From contig JAQGDQ010000013.1 in the NCBI GenBank assembly GCA_030141605.1, positions 1,316,447 through 1,380,446 of the forward strand: a stretch of DNA of 64,000 bases, written 5' to 3'. The notes beneath the pieces were generated by a model. The model ran no database searches, was not told the DNA's origin, and saw nothing but the letters and a program-made list of their open reading frames with translations. The stretch comes from Tubiluchus corallicola. Its lineage: Eukaryota > Animalia > Priapulida. This document shows, one piece after another, positions 36,401 to 49,251 of the stretch (positions are counted from its first letter, which is position 1; each line of letters opens with the position of its first letter). The translations under genes and the position numbers were made by a program.

Positions 36401-39400
36401 AGGAAAGCCAATCTCCTCCATTCCGGAGACTTCTTCTAAAGGGCTTATAAACCAAAATCGAGAATTTTACTAGTTTTCAATATTTTGAATTCATCACAAC
36501 TTTATGTTTACTTGTGTAAGTATTTAATTTTTGAAAAGTGAGTTTTTCATATCTTATTGACGTTAACTTTGGTAGCTTGCATAGTTCATGTAATTTGACA
36601 TTGAATGAGATGTTCTAATTTTCCACAAAAACATTACTGTTCACAAAGGACTTTTCTAATTTCGGTAGTTTTTCTCATTACTGATTGCTTCGTGGATTGC
36701 TATTGAAAAAGTAGATCGCAATGAACATTTAGATATAAGCTGTAGCCCTACCGGACCCTTGACCTCGAAGTCCAGTCTGGGTGTCTTAAGCTGCTTTCAA
36801 TTACCTATTTACTATTAAAAATGATCATTTTAAAACTTAAGCTTCAGCGGGCAGAGAAATCAGAGAACTTGGATGTGATGAAACGGGAATTCTAGATGAG
36901 GCAGTACGTCGCTCGGGAGGTCAAGCTAAAGCCGTCTGGTTATTAAAGGTAAACTATACTTACACAAATTTAAGATTCTTAAGCATACTTAAGTTTTGCG
37001 ATTCTTAGAGAAGAAATCGGACGGTAATCACTACTAGCAAACAGCAATACAACTTAGAATAAAAGGCATAAAATGCGAAAAAAGACACATGTAGTAATCC
37101 GAACTTTTTAACAACCTTTCCCTCAAACAACATACTGTAGTGCAATTCACCTACTTTTCTCCATTATTAACAGACACCCAGAGCTGCACCAAAAACCTCC
37201 TTGTAATCCCTAAGAAATATGTGAAAGTGTCAGCCTCTAGAAATCAACATGCTGTTCATTGAGTGCAGATGATTGTTTTGACAAAAAAGCTATTGTCAGT
37301 GCTGGAAATTTAGCCAAAAGATTTATTACTGCGACTATTATTTCTTTTGCGTTAGTAGTAGTAGCATGTTTATTGAGCAATATTACAGGAGTATCATTAA
37401 AAATTAACAGTAGATATCCAATTAATTAGTCCAACAAATTGCAAACTGTAAATTACTATTCTCTCCTTTAAACACTTCTTCAACGTTTCATTCCGTGTAT
37501 TATACTAGATCAACTGTTAAAACAGCAGCATACAATCAACTACAAATTTCAAAATCGATGCAAATAAATAAGTTTCGCATGTTTTCAAATTTAAGGCCAA
37601 GATTCCTATTATTATAGTTCATTTTAAGATGCTCACTAATTTTACATTCACAAAGAGCGCGTTGCTCTGTACATTTTCCCCACATTGGCAAAGCCTATCT
37701 TGTCGACTTACATGGTCCCACGTTCCAGTCTCCACATGAAGATTGTGAGCCAATAAATGCATCCTTGTAATTTCTAGCATAAATGACTTTTTTGTCGAAA
37801 AAATCGTCTGTTCCAAAATAAACACAATGTTGATCCCTAAAGACATTCTAATGCTTATTAGGCTCCAAGTGGATCGACGATTACATGCAAACTGACAGAC
37901 ATCAACACTCTCAAAGTACCACAATCGACAGCCTGTCTTGAATACTTGGAAATTAAATATGATGATATGGCTGCAGCTGGAATGAGGTACATGTACATAT
38001 TAGAGATATGTTAGTAAGGATTATTATGCGGCAAAATGAAAAATCCAAGTACATGAAACAGTTGACTTCGAGTTGTTTCAATCTAATTATAATTTTTTGT
38101 GAAATTTGACTTTATGCAAGTTAGAATACAGCATTCAGCAACATGGCCTACTGAATGTAGATGATTGTGGCACGACTGGAACTTGTCACACTTCATGGCT
38201 GTCTCCACCATATTCATATATGAAAACATTCTCCCTGAGACAACAAGATTAAGTGTTTATAACTGGTAAGATGAAATTGTCCAGAAACAATACTAAGCAT
38301 TCATCAATCCACTCACTGACTAGGCTCAGCATTGTTTAACCTCAGTTGCTAAGCACATGCATCACCACCGATTTGCTGCTTGTGTAGTAATCAAGAAGTT
38401 ATTAAAAATAAGAAGAAATGACTGATGTAAAAAATAGTAAATGAATGGTGCTCATATATTAGCCTATCTGTTACAGGGTTTGCTCTGGTAATCCAACATC
38501 CTTACCGACAATAACGTCAACCGACAATCAAGTGTTGCTGATGATGCGATTGCAATATGGAAGATCTGGTTCATTTGGACTGTCTTACACAGGTCAGGGT
38601 TAGTTTCTGAATATAATGATTAATAAAAATCTTACATCTTTGGTATAAATGTTAACTTACTATTCCAGCGATTCAGAGTAAATCTAGGCCAAATCAATTG
38701 CACATATTACTTATTTTAAATTGTAGTTAATAGTGATGCTACCTGCAGCACTTCGTCAGGAGAAAGCAACACCGATGGAGATGCAGGTGCTGGAGATGCA
38801 GGTACAGGAAGTGAGACTGGTGAAACAGACATGGGGGGAGGCACAAACACTGGCGGAACAGATGGAACAGACACAGGGGGAGGCACAAACACTGGTGGAA
38901 CAGATGGAACAGACACAGGGGGAGGCACAAACACTGGCGGAACAGATGGAACAGACACAGGGGGAGGCACAAACACTGGCGGAACAGATGGAACAGACAG
39001 CGGAACTGACACGGGTGGTGACGGCTCAACGTGTGAATGCTTGAGGTGGCCAGAGGAATGGCCAGAGTGCAAAACAGCCAGAAAAGGATGCGGCTGCAGA
39101 AGACAAGTGCGACGGTGTGAAGAACACAGCAGCGCTTGTGGAACGTATGTATGATTCTCCAGCACTTTTGCAGCCTTTCAGCAGTAACACTACATTTTAA
39201 ATAAGCACAGTAACAAGAGATTATCGCCATTTTCACTCTTATTTTAAATATAATGCAATTTGATGACAATCACATAGTACAGAGTACAGAAAAATCTATC
39301 ACTAATTCTTATTGACAAGATGTATTAAAAAGATAATAGTTTTTCTGAACGGATTAGCACCGAAATACCTTTATCTGACTGAACATCAGAAATTTTGCTC

Positions 39401-39742
39401 ACAAACTATATCTTGCGCACCTGAACTTTATTAACAATGTAAACTCGTGAATACATGGAAAGATTAAAAACTTTTTACTGTGACTACACAAATTTGCAAT
39501 AAAAACAATTGAATACATGTAGACAGGTTTCAGTAGCACATGATGTTTCAAAAGTTTATCTTTTGATCGACAAAAATGACTTATAAAGTACAACAGAAGA
39601 ATATTATGGAGTTGTTTCTTTTAGAAAGATTCTACGGCAAAGAAAGAAATGTTTACCGAGGATTCGGGCTTGCGAAGATGGCCAAGGAAATTTTAGCTGT
39701 TGTGATGGTTGGCAGCTCAGAGGAAATCGATGCAGTCCTTAG
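30332..39742 (+). CDS. astacin-family (M12A) zinc metalloprotease: signal-pro-astacin-EGF-CUB-linker-TSP1-like (nematode NAS/DPY-31-type architecture); 13 exons
   Basis: Exons 30332-30499, 30669-30767, 31871-32081 (GC donor), 32906-33026, 33165-33231, 34309-34512, 34726-34861, 35671-35805, 36842-36948, 37862-37986, 38477-38592, 38727-39144, 39625-39742. Signal MLNSPQLILLFICLSKA; pro-motif IEGDI; furin site RRRVKR; GCWSYLGRIGG; HEIGHAVGRYHEH; Met-turn SAMHY; EGF CQNEGYRNPNDCQKCMCPDGFAGDQC; CUB VWLLKAPSG..CLEYLEIK; TSP1-like WPEEWPEC..RRQVRRC; AATAAA at 39806. Confidence 0.92.
31119..31345. repeat. ~107-bp tandem duplication inside a TCATA/GAGCTCA-rich repetitive element (about 30880-31380)
   Basis: GAGCTCATAATCTATTCACG...ATTAATAAATGTG occurs twice. 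Confidence 0.85.
32380..32790. repeat. 60-bp tandem minisatellite (about 6-7 copies) in astacin intron 3
   Basis: CCATTCTTCTCAAACTCTAAGAGTTGAGCAGCTGAATG... recurs with period about 60. Confidence 0.93.
33342..33416. repeat. (TA)n microsatellite
   Basis: Directly visible in the sequence. Confidence 0.95.
33830..34190. repeat. degenerate ~38-40-bp tandem repeat in astacin intron 5
   Basis: AATATTAAGACTTGAACTTGAACCTTTGGATTACCTGTCC-like units, about 9 copies. Confidence 0.8.
35310..35503. mobile_element. shorter copy of the same hAT MITE family
   Basis: Ends TAGTAATGGGCAATT and AATCACCCACGACTA; inverted relative to the 20958 copy. Confidence 0.7.
35838..36171. mobile_element. 312-bp direct-repeat-bounded element with internal tRNA-like segment (minus) and hammerhead-like relic (plus)
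   Basis: 22-bp direct repeat TCTCAAATTAGCTGGCAATTAA at 35838 and 36150; minus-strand A box TAGCTTAGCTG and B box GGTTCAAATCC at about 36055-35990; homologous copy at about 58590-58800. Confidence 0.7.
37560..37780 (-). mobile_element. second RTEX-like LINE 3' fragment
   Basis: AHNLHVETGTWDHVSRQDRLCQCGENVQ motif, intronic and antisense to the astacin gene. Confidence 0.6.
38822..39012 (+). repeat. coding 42-bp repeat (TGGGTNTGGTDGTD x4) forming the astacin linker
   Basis: GGCACAAACACTGGCGGAACAGATGGAACAGACACAGGGGGA, four nearly identical copies in frame. Confidence 0.93.
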
Positions 39743-40208
39743 GAAACACAAAATCATTTATTCACTTCTGTGCGATATCTTAGATTAAAAGAAAAGCACT
39801 ATTAGAATAAACGAGAAGTGATCATGTCACAAATTATTTAAAATAGCTTGTAATTCACCAATGTTAAATGTATCTAATAGATCAATGTAGTCAATTTACT
39901 CTTGATTGGTTAAGCTAACAGATTTCATAAAATACCTTTATCAAAGTCATGACAGTATAGAATACAAATAGGTAAAAGATGACATGTTTGTGTAGAGAAC
40001 AATGATTCTACCTGCAGTTTAAAGTAGCATAAAAGGTTCTAATTACTTGTTTCATTGTTACCTAATTTAACTGCTGAATTGACAACACTCATGCACATAT
40101 TTAAATTTTAGTGAATTTTTTTAAATTCTATCTTGCAGAAATAAACAGCTTCCATCATTAAACATTAACTTTTCTTGCAAATGGCATCTGGCAAAATACA
40201 CCATTTTT

Positions 40209-43200
40209 CTAACTTTCAACTTCTAAACTTTCACCACATTCAAACCTGGTAAAATTTAGTACTTCTAGACCATTTTGCGTGAGAACATCTCCCACAGTAA
40301 CTTGAGGATCAAGTAAAAATTCTTGAAACCACATCCGGGTCTCATCATCCTCGGTGCCTTCGGCAGGCGGCTCTTCATCTGCTGATCCGAGAGATGTTGG
40401 ATTCATGCCTATCGTAAAAATTATCATTACCATTTTTTATAATCGTCAACATTTGCAAGCTGGAATCCAGCACTCAAGACTAGTGGTGGTGGCAAGATCA
40501 GAACCTATCTAAGGATGAGACACTGGACCAACAGAAGTGTCCAAACTATGTTCAGATGTTGTCAACACATCATCCAGACAAACTCTCACAGTCAGTATGG
40601 TAGGCGTAACTGTCCAAGACAAGTATTGAACCAGGCAAGTGTTGCTTACCTTCTGTCACTGAGCATGCAGTAATCACTTTGCTATTCATCTCTCTCCCAG
40701 ACTTTTATACCAAACAAATGCCTGCTGTAAGGCATGCAAATGAAAACCTATTTTTAATATACTGTAGTTTCCTTGATAAATCTCTCAAGCTTAACAAAGA
40801 AACTTTCTATTTGATCTCATACTAACAAAGAAGGGTGCTGGTTGCAAGTGATGGTCACAAGATTTCAGCTATGCCAATCAAGCTGATTTAGTAGAAACAG
40901 CCATTGTTTTAAAATGTGTGCCAATGTGTCCATGTTACAGTGTCGCTACCTTGTCACACTCTCTATATCACCTGCATTGCAATAGGTGTCCTTAAATATA
41001 TCTCAGGGCATGGCTTAATTGTTACGAATGACTAGCAATGCTAAGAATTTGTTTTCTATTTACTTCGGGAAACTGCAGCACCCCCTATTTTCACTCGACA
41101 TTATCGATAATATTCAATATAATAAATTTTTTCTTTAGTTCTTTCTATATTTGTACGGAACCAGAGCACATGAGGGTAGTACTGCTTGCTTCAAAGGCCA
41201 GCATAGTGTGCTCCAACAACACAGTGTTTGGCTTTGTGCGCATGTGGCCATGAGCAAGTCTGAGCCAAGATAGAGAAAGTACTGTCACTCACACAGTTTA
41301 CTGTCAGTTGTCACGTGCTTACCGTGAATGGATCAAGCTTGAACTGCGACAATTTAGGCTATTAGTAAGCAAAAACTTTTTTTGTTTAGGATTTTATCAA
41401 GTTTATGTATAACTGTGCTATCTGTGCATGATTTTTGTTTTGTTTTATGTCCCACAAGGAATAGTGGTCTGAGTCACGGGTACGCCTGACACACTGCAAG
41501 TAGCTTATTCTTTAATTCTTTAAACATCTTTATTCCTCATGAACAAAAGTCTTTAAATTTTCAACAAAGCCTAGAAAATGTGTCTAGGTGTTGAACGGAT
41601 AAGCCTTTTCACAATTTCATTGTGTGTACACGCAGTTGCTGTAGGTCAAGGGTTAAGTGTGTCACACAGCAACACGTTTTTACTACAACTGTCACGTGAC
41701 ATGTGGGTAAAGCAAAGCCACCTGCTATATCAGTTTAGTAACTTCAGATTTTTATATTGACTTTACTTAATTATGCATTAGTCTGAGCATAGAGTGATTT
41801 ACTAACAGGATCTTGATTGGAAACAGGAAAAAATGAACTAGGTAAGATTCTAGCTAGCTGTTAAAAATGCTATTGTTACAACAGCATGGACTGAGAGGCT
41901 TTGTTAAGTGTACACAAATACATTGTCTGGTACACGTAACTGTTGACCCTTCCATGATCAGCATTAAATGCTGGAACTGTGAATGTAATATCCTTGAGGA
42001 CAAAGAGAATCTTGGCAGTTTGCAACAAAGTCACCAGGTGATTAAATAAGAACAATTACTTTTACAGGTGCAGAACAATCTGGTTTAAACTTACCAACGA
42101 CATGTTGACATATTTGTCTACCTAATTCTTCTAGACTATACCGTCGGTCAAGCACTGCTGTTCTTGACTTGAATGCCATCAGTGACGCATATTTCCCTAA
42201 ATAAGATTACAAATTTAATTTGCTCACATTATTTACACTATCAAATGTTCAGATTTATAACAATTGCCTATCAATAATTTGGCCAGTAAGCAGGATCGGA
42301 ACATGTCCTTTAGGGGCCCCCAGGGTCTAGGCTAATGAAATTATGAGCCCGCCTCAAATGGGGACTCTTTACCTCAAATAAGTGGCCACAAACAGGTGCC
42401 ACTTTTATCAAAACTGAGCTTTGAGATTCCCAAACCTGCTTTTCCAAAGTTGCTATTTTATTTTAGGTCAAATATTAAAATTTTATACTAATTTCTCAAA
42501 AAATATATATTTGAAAATCTATCAGCAGGGACCCTCAATGATTTTATTCATTTAATTTGTTACGCTTATCAAAATAAATTTTTTTATAATCGCCATGTTT
42601 CGCGTCTTTGGCAAGAACGAACGAGAATGACGCACGAGATACAGAAAGCATCTTTGATTACCAATGTTTGTTTACTGATCTTTGGTGACCTCGTGACTGT
42701 ACTCATAAAGTTATTCATCTCGCACAATGAAAAATGGTGGATCTTCAAATTTAATACAGCTAACAACGAAGTCAAAAGAAACACATTTTGCAGCAAGTTT
42801 ATAATAAAATAAGTTGAATATTCGTAATTTCAGTATGGTTTTAAGTTGGTGATATTATAGTCAGGGTTTAGTGTGACTTTAACTACATCTCAAAACCAAG
42901 ATATAAGTATGAAGTACTTGTTCATGCTCTTCTTGAAGCAAGCAAAGTTGTTATTAACAGGCAAACATCATGTGGAAACATGTGACTAAGAAATTAACAG
43001 GAAAAAATTGGATATATTGAATTTGTCATATGCATAGTACGTGTCAGTGATTAACATTAGAATATCATTTGTTAACCTGCTGTTACCATGCTGTAAGCTC
43101 ATTACTTTATTTACTTTATTAAAGAACTAAACAAGTAATGAAGCAAATATTGCAATTATTGAACACTTTCATTGCGGTACCAGGATCTTACAATTACAGT

Positions 43201-46200
43201 AGTAGAAATTTACGACAAAGTTATCTGATTTTGTACTTTCTATTAGTTTATATTTTAAGTCAACAGTAATTTTATAATTTACTAAAGATGAAATATAGGG
43301 AAATAACTTTACCCACAGTTATACATACAGCTAATTTAAGTGGGTTTAATTTAAACAACAGTTAAGCACACAAGTCTCGCCAAAATCAAAAAACATGCTA
43401 ACAAAGATGCCGTCATTTGCATCGATGGCATCGAGATTTAATGACTTGTTATACATAGAAATTATATACCTAATTGGCAAACAGCTTGAGGATTGGTCAC
43501 AGCTGCATGAATGTATGAACTCAAATGTACATCACTTGGTCCTTTATAACAAACACCTACAAATACATGTAATGAAAATGCTAACTGGCACTAAAATACA
43601 CTCGAGGTATACTTAACATATAGTACGATAACTATGATTATTATAAAAATGAAAAATCATTAATAAAAATATTTATTAATAAAGATGACTAATTTAAGAA
43701 TGTTCACTCACATCTTCGCAGAGTCATATTTTCACCTAAGCTTCCAATATTTAATGACACCAAATCCTTAAGTTGCTTGTTTTCATCCTCCGCCCAGGGC
43801 AGTTTGTTAAGATCATCCAAATTTAAATTAACCTAAATTAGAAGACCTTTTGTATTTAATTTAACCTAAATAATTACAAAGATATTACACATTTTAATTA
43901 ATCTAAATACAAAGACTTTATTACCTAAGTAAAAAACCTTTTTCAGTAGGAAACTTAGTTTCTTTTTACTTTAGCCAATATGATGTACTCTCAAGCATAA
44001 CATAACATTTAAAATATTTAACAAACAAGTTTTTCGAAGTTAACAATAAAATTTCATTTAGCCTACATGACATCACATGTAAGTTATTACATATCGCAAG
44101 TGATACATACCTTTGTTAATTCTTCTCCAGTTAAAGAATTCTTATAATAGTTTGCTATACTCCTGGTTGCGGAAGAGACCATATTTTGAAACTTGACATT
44201 TCTTGCTACAAAATCTGTTTCACAATTAACCTGAAATTGGTATACCTTTCATTCTTCATTCACTTAAAAAGAATTGAGAATTTCTTTTTTCTTGCATGAT
44301 ATTTTTGGCTCTTCTCTGTTGCTCATGGTCTAGTTACGATGCATGATCATGAAACTTTCTGCTGATTAACAAAGAACTATAGTAGTGATAGTTGTGGAAA
44401 TGGCAAGTTCATACTACAGAGTTCTCTGTCATGAGTTTTCTCTCTGACGACAATCTCACAAGTGTGAACTGCCTTGTGAATTACTGTCAGCAAGTTGTTG
44501 AAAACTCTCCGACAGTTCCTGCAACTTGATTTTCGATGCGGATGCCTTAATGAGTTACTCTCAACACTTGTGAACAAACAAGGGACTGTCAGAGAGTAAC
44601 CTGCAGCAAGTTTTGCTCTCTAGTCTGTACATACTTATGAATTACTTGCACCAGAAAACTCGCTCATTTGAACGTTCACGTATTAAGCATTAAGTGTTAA
44701 AAGTAAAATGTGCCAATGTTAGAGTTAAAAGAACTGCATGCCTACTAAAAATAGTCCTAGTTTTCTTACATTTAACAAATTCTGTATAAAACATATTAAG
44801 TTATTTAGTTGAAATTGTTCCCAAGACATTTAATTCTGTTTTTCAACCAAAGATTTGAAAAAAAGTCTTCCTAACGACCATGACAGCTTAGCTTTACAGA
44901 AACACTAATCCATGCATTGAGAACTGCACTGTGCGAGCATAGCTACAACCTTAGCTAAATGAATTAACGTCCATTACAATTTAGAGAAGCTTAACAACAA
45001 CTAGAAAACCTAAAATTCTCGTTAGATTTTTTTCTACAGATGAATAAACGAATTCTGTGAGAACAACAAAGGGCCAGCCATATCATATCAGACAAGATGC
45101 AGTCTATCCTGTTAGTGAGAAAGAGACAGAGAGAAATAGAAAGACAACAAGTGACAAAAATCTGCATTCAAGCCAAGCATTATTCTGCTTCTTCGAGTGC
45201 AATCAAATCCGCTTTGACAAGAAGTCCAAAAAGGCTTAGCACACTGTTGCTTAAAATTTTCAGCTCACCAACACATATCCATACTTAGCTAGTAAACTAC
45301 TAGAGAGAACATACTCTCTGTTCTCAATTTCTTATGCTGACACATTACCCAGAGAATAGAATAAGATAGATAGACAGATTAAGATGAGATGTAACAGAAC
45401 GAGGCGCATAGCACACCACCAACCACAATGACACTTGCTAACTACTCACTACTCACTGTTACAAAAAAACTCATTGAAAATCTAATCTTATAAGTTCAAA
45501 TGTATAATCTGTATAACTTCAGAAATGTCGTACTTCACAAAACAAGTTCAACTTGATGTTGTAAGGTATAGTACCTCAATCATTACACCAACATTCTTCT
45601 CTAAAAGAATTCCAATTAGTCCTTTTGCTGTCGTTCTGCCTTGTAACTTTGAAGCTTTGGCCCACCCTTCTTTCTCAGCATTCTGCTTTAGCCACATCAA
45701 AGCCTGAAATAAATAAAGTTTTTATAAATTTTGAATGCTTAAACTTTTAATTAGTTATACCTCATTTTTGCAAATGTTTTGCCTGAGAGCTTAGTAGCCA
45801 CAAAATGGGAAAGAACAAAGAAAATGAGGAGTGTATGTGATCAATAGACGTAGTTTCAGTAAAATGTTCAAAATATGACAAAAATGTTTATATCTGCTAG
45901 AAAAGACTTATAAATAAAAGTGATTATTTGCAATAGCACCATAACAATTAATAGGCCAAAGCTCATATTAAATTGCCAATTAGATGCATATTCTGATTAA
46001 TACTAACACACTGAACTTTCTTGTCTACTGTTTTTCTTCAAGGAAGATGGGATGATTTTTCATAAACTCTCATTTTCAAGTATGATAAAAAGTATATATT
46101 TTAGCACAATTAATACTGCAAAGCATTTCTGATAATTAAATAATAAATTAAAAACTTAATAAATGGCAGGCGAACCCAACTATCGATGACATCACAAACT

Positions 46201-46452
46201 AACATAATTTTCAACAGCAAAAATATTCCAGGAGCAGGTTGCATATGTTTGCTAAAACAAAAATCGTCCGCCTATCATGATCACCTTTTCAAAATCGTTC
46301 TCATTTTCTTCCAAGGCCTTTCTACAGTTCACAAAGGCGTAGCCAGTTTTCCTCCTCAGTTTCGATAAGAGAGTCTTCTTTTCAGCTTTGGTTGAAAACT
46401 GACGCAGGCAAGCACCAATGCTTCTCAATGCAAATAACTCACAATGCAGCAT
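40209..46452 (-). CDS. TSFM: elongation factor Ts, mitochondrial; 7 coding exons
   Basis: Exons 46452-46285, 45703-45575, 44230-44111, 43832-43712, 43556-43470, 42196-42095, 40408-40209, all phase-consistent. Presequence-like N-terminus; LSKLRRKTGYAFVNCRKALE; GWAKASKLQGRTTAKGLIG; IEVNCETDFVARN; GENMTLRR; LGRQICQHVVGMNP; QEFLLDP..FTRFECGE. Confidence 0.96.
41600..41985. repeat. second copy of the 14193-14570 repeat
   Basis: Direct sequence comparison with 14193-14570. Confidence 0.8.
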
Positions 46453-48009
46453 TATCGGGGAATCCTATCAAAAATACAAGAATATAAACTAATGTTACTC
46501 CAAAAAATAGCTTACTGTTAATTATGCAACTTAATTGTTATACTTACAAAATTAGTGTCAATTACAACTACGTATACACACTTGCACCTATACACATCTA
46601 CACTTACTTGCTAAATTTTTCACTAGCTTATTTGGTTGAGGTTTGAAAAACCTGAAACTGCCTTTCAGATAAAGCAAGCAGCAAAGAATCAAATAATACA
46701 ACCAAACTATTACTTCAAGAGTCATTTTCAATTTTGGTAACTACTAGTCTCTACAAACAGCTAAACAGACTAGCAGTTATTAATAAGAAGCACAAAAATT
46801 ATAATATCAACCGTCAAAATAACGTTTAACAGCTCCCGTTGCACAAAAGACCTAAATCAGTAGTCAAATCAAAATTATTAGCTAGACCACAGTAAACGAG
46901 TCAAAAAGCCAAAAAAATGACAGGTGACCAGACCACCAGAAAAAAAGCCAGCAACAAAGCCAAGCAAAAAAGAAAACCTACCAAAGCAGGGTAATCAGTT
47001 GACTGAAAAGTTTTGCTTAAATATCTACATTTAATTTTTCTAAAGAATGCGAAAGTGTCACAGCAGTATCAATATCAAAGATTTATGAATACCTTTTATT
47101 TAAACTATAAAGGCAAATTTTGTTAGAGTAGGAAGGCATTTTGGAAATCAACAATTTGACTGCATTTCACAACAATTATTGTTTGTACACTTGTTTCAAT
47201 GATAAATTTTTAAACTGTAAAAAAATTTAACCTGAAGAAATCCATCAAAGTAAAAATGTGCCGTAATTAACTTACACACATTTTATTACAAAGTCCTGAA
47301 GAAATGAGTAATCTTATTGTTTTGTGTTTTTACAAGCAAAATTTGTAATGAAGTCATTTAAACTTTGCACAGTAAGTTTAATATCTGGTTGAGCCTATAG
47401 ACTCATACACCTTTAAAACTGAAACTAAACCATGACAAAATGCTGCATCTGCATGCTAACATACGTGCATTACAGTATCACACACCATGGTTGTAAAAAA
47501 ACTTAGCTGAGGCAACTGGTCAAGAGTATCTAGAGTCCAAATAAGGCCAGCCACAGCAGAAATTGTATTAAAAGTGTTTATTTGTATTAAAATAATATTG
47601 GACGTACTTTGGGAAAACGTATTATAAATTATAAAAGGGGTAAGGGAAGTTGTGGTAAGGAGATTCGTAATAACTGTGCCTGAATACCTCACTACACAGG
47701 TTTTATCATAAGCTTGGCAGAGACATAATAAAATCATTGTACTACCAAGTTTCGTTAAATGCCGAGTCGTATTACTGGGATTCCACTGTAATTGTCAGGT
47801 CACATAATTTTCTTTAATTTGAAATTGTCACAGCATTATTAAGATGTCACAGATGTATGAGGCTAGTCCATGATGCAAATCCTGCAGTGATGTCAACTTT
47901 GGAATAACGTCAATGTACTGCTGAGCTTGTTAATTGTTATAAAATCATGAAAGTTTTACAAGAACAAGATTTGTTCTCATGACCATGCAGAGAACTATGA
48001 GGCCATGAT

Positions 48010-48135
48010 TCCAAACTCTTCATTGAATACAGCTGAAACAACATCCATTCTCATTTTTTTTGCCTCACCCATCCATGGAACTCACTCTCAGCTGATACTG
48101 TAAATGCACCATCTATCAATAAATTTAAAATGAAT
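48010..48135 (+). mobile_element. CR1/L2-type LINE 3' ORF remnant
   Basis: WNSLSADTVNAPSINKFK-like translation. A related-type 3' hairpin lies at 48563-48607 and, inverted, at 25118-25157. Confidence 0.5.
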
Positions 48136-48885
48136 ACGAGAAAAAACCGTACACGAGTTGAACTCTAGGTCCTGATGTCATTGTAAAGAAGATTGTAAAG
48201 AAAATATTGGATAGGGGTGCTTGACCAAGCAATTATTTACAATTTTCATGGTTTGACATTACTTCATTCTTTTTTCTTTCGATTTTTGTTGCATTGAGTT
48301 TCTAGATATATATATATATATATATTCAAATTTTTTTGTTTTGTTTTTATTAAACTGGATTTAGTGTCTTGATTTGAATGCAATTTTTGTTTTATTTACT
48401 AATTTAAATCTCATCTCATTTGCCATATTTATTCACTGTTTATAATTTTAAACTCATTTTACTTGTTGTCTTAATTTTTGTCAAGTAGCTAATTATTAAT
48501 CATTTTGTAAACACCTACTTAATACTACTACTAGTACTAGGTCACTTAATTTTCTTTAAATTGGGGTAGTGATGCTGACCTGATGACCGTTGGTCTTTTC
48601 GCCACCCAGTCTCTTTTTCATCTTTATAATAGTTTTTTGCGTTTACTTTATTTCATTTTGTAAACATTTACAGACAAATAAATTACTTACTACAACTACT
48701 AGTACTAGCTCTTGCATTGATGTGAGCAACGATATCAAACCTACAGGAACGAAGTAAGTGAAAGTATTTACAACTTTGCTGCATTATACAATTAAATATT
48801 TTATACCTATAACAGTTACAAAATTTGCAAAAAATGTGCTAGGTCAAATGTAGGGAAATTTAAATTAATCGCCAGTTTACCTTAC

Positions 48886-49100
48886 ATGTCACAAAGTTAC
48901 AACAGCATGTACGCTGCCATTTTCATAGCTTTGCGCTATCATCATCGTCCCATATGTGATCTTTGCGTTATCAAACGCACCAATAGCAATAGCCTGTGAA
49001 GAGGACGATTGTAACGACTCCACGTATCGGCGACGACGACATCTAGAGCACATTAGTGAATAATAGTGATACTGTAGAACGTAGATACGGCAAAAGCAGG
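48886..49100 (-). promoter_or_regulatory. probable promoter and first non-coding exon of TSFM
   Basis: CpG-richer patch, AAAATGGC YY1/initiator-like motif near 48920, donor AT|GTAAGG at 48885, matching acceptor at 46465 twelve nt before the ATG. Confidence 0.45.
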
Positions 49101-49167
49101 TAGAGCCAGATAAACATTCAGGGCGCAGCAATTCTTCACTTGGACGTATGGGGGTACAAAAACGTTA

Positions 49168-49251
49168 GTACAGGTGGCCAAGTGGGTAAGGTAACGAACT
49201 GTGAGCATCCCTCTCGTTACAGCCTGAGTTCGAATCTCACGACCACCTGTA
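49168..49251 (+). mobile_element. tRNA-derived SINE head or pseudo-tRNA
   Basis: A box TGGCCAAGTGG, B box GAGTTCGAATC with T stem TGAG/CTCA, and TACAGG/CCTGTA closing stem. The anticodon arm is aberrant, so this is not a functional tRNA. Confidence 0.6.

Noticed and set aside
38716-39269. Pro-rich and Cys/Leu-rich minus-strand ORFs and an alternative plus frame
   Set aside because: These are shadows of the 42-bp coding repeat of the astacin linker.
39576-39788. 70-aa ORF as a separate gene
   Set aside because: It is an alternative frame over the last astacin exon, which reads KILRQRKKC...CSP*.
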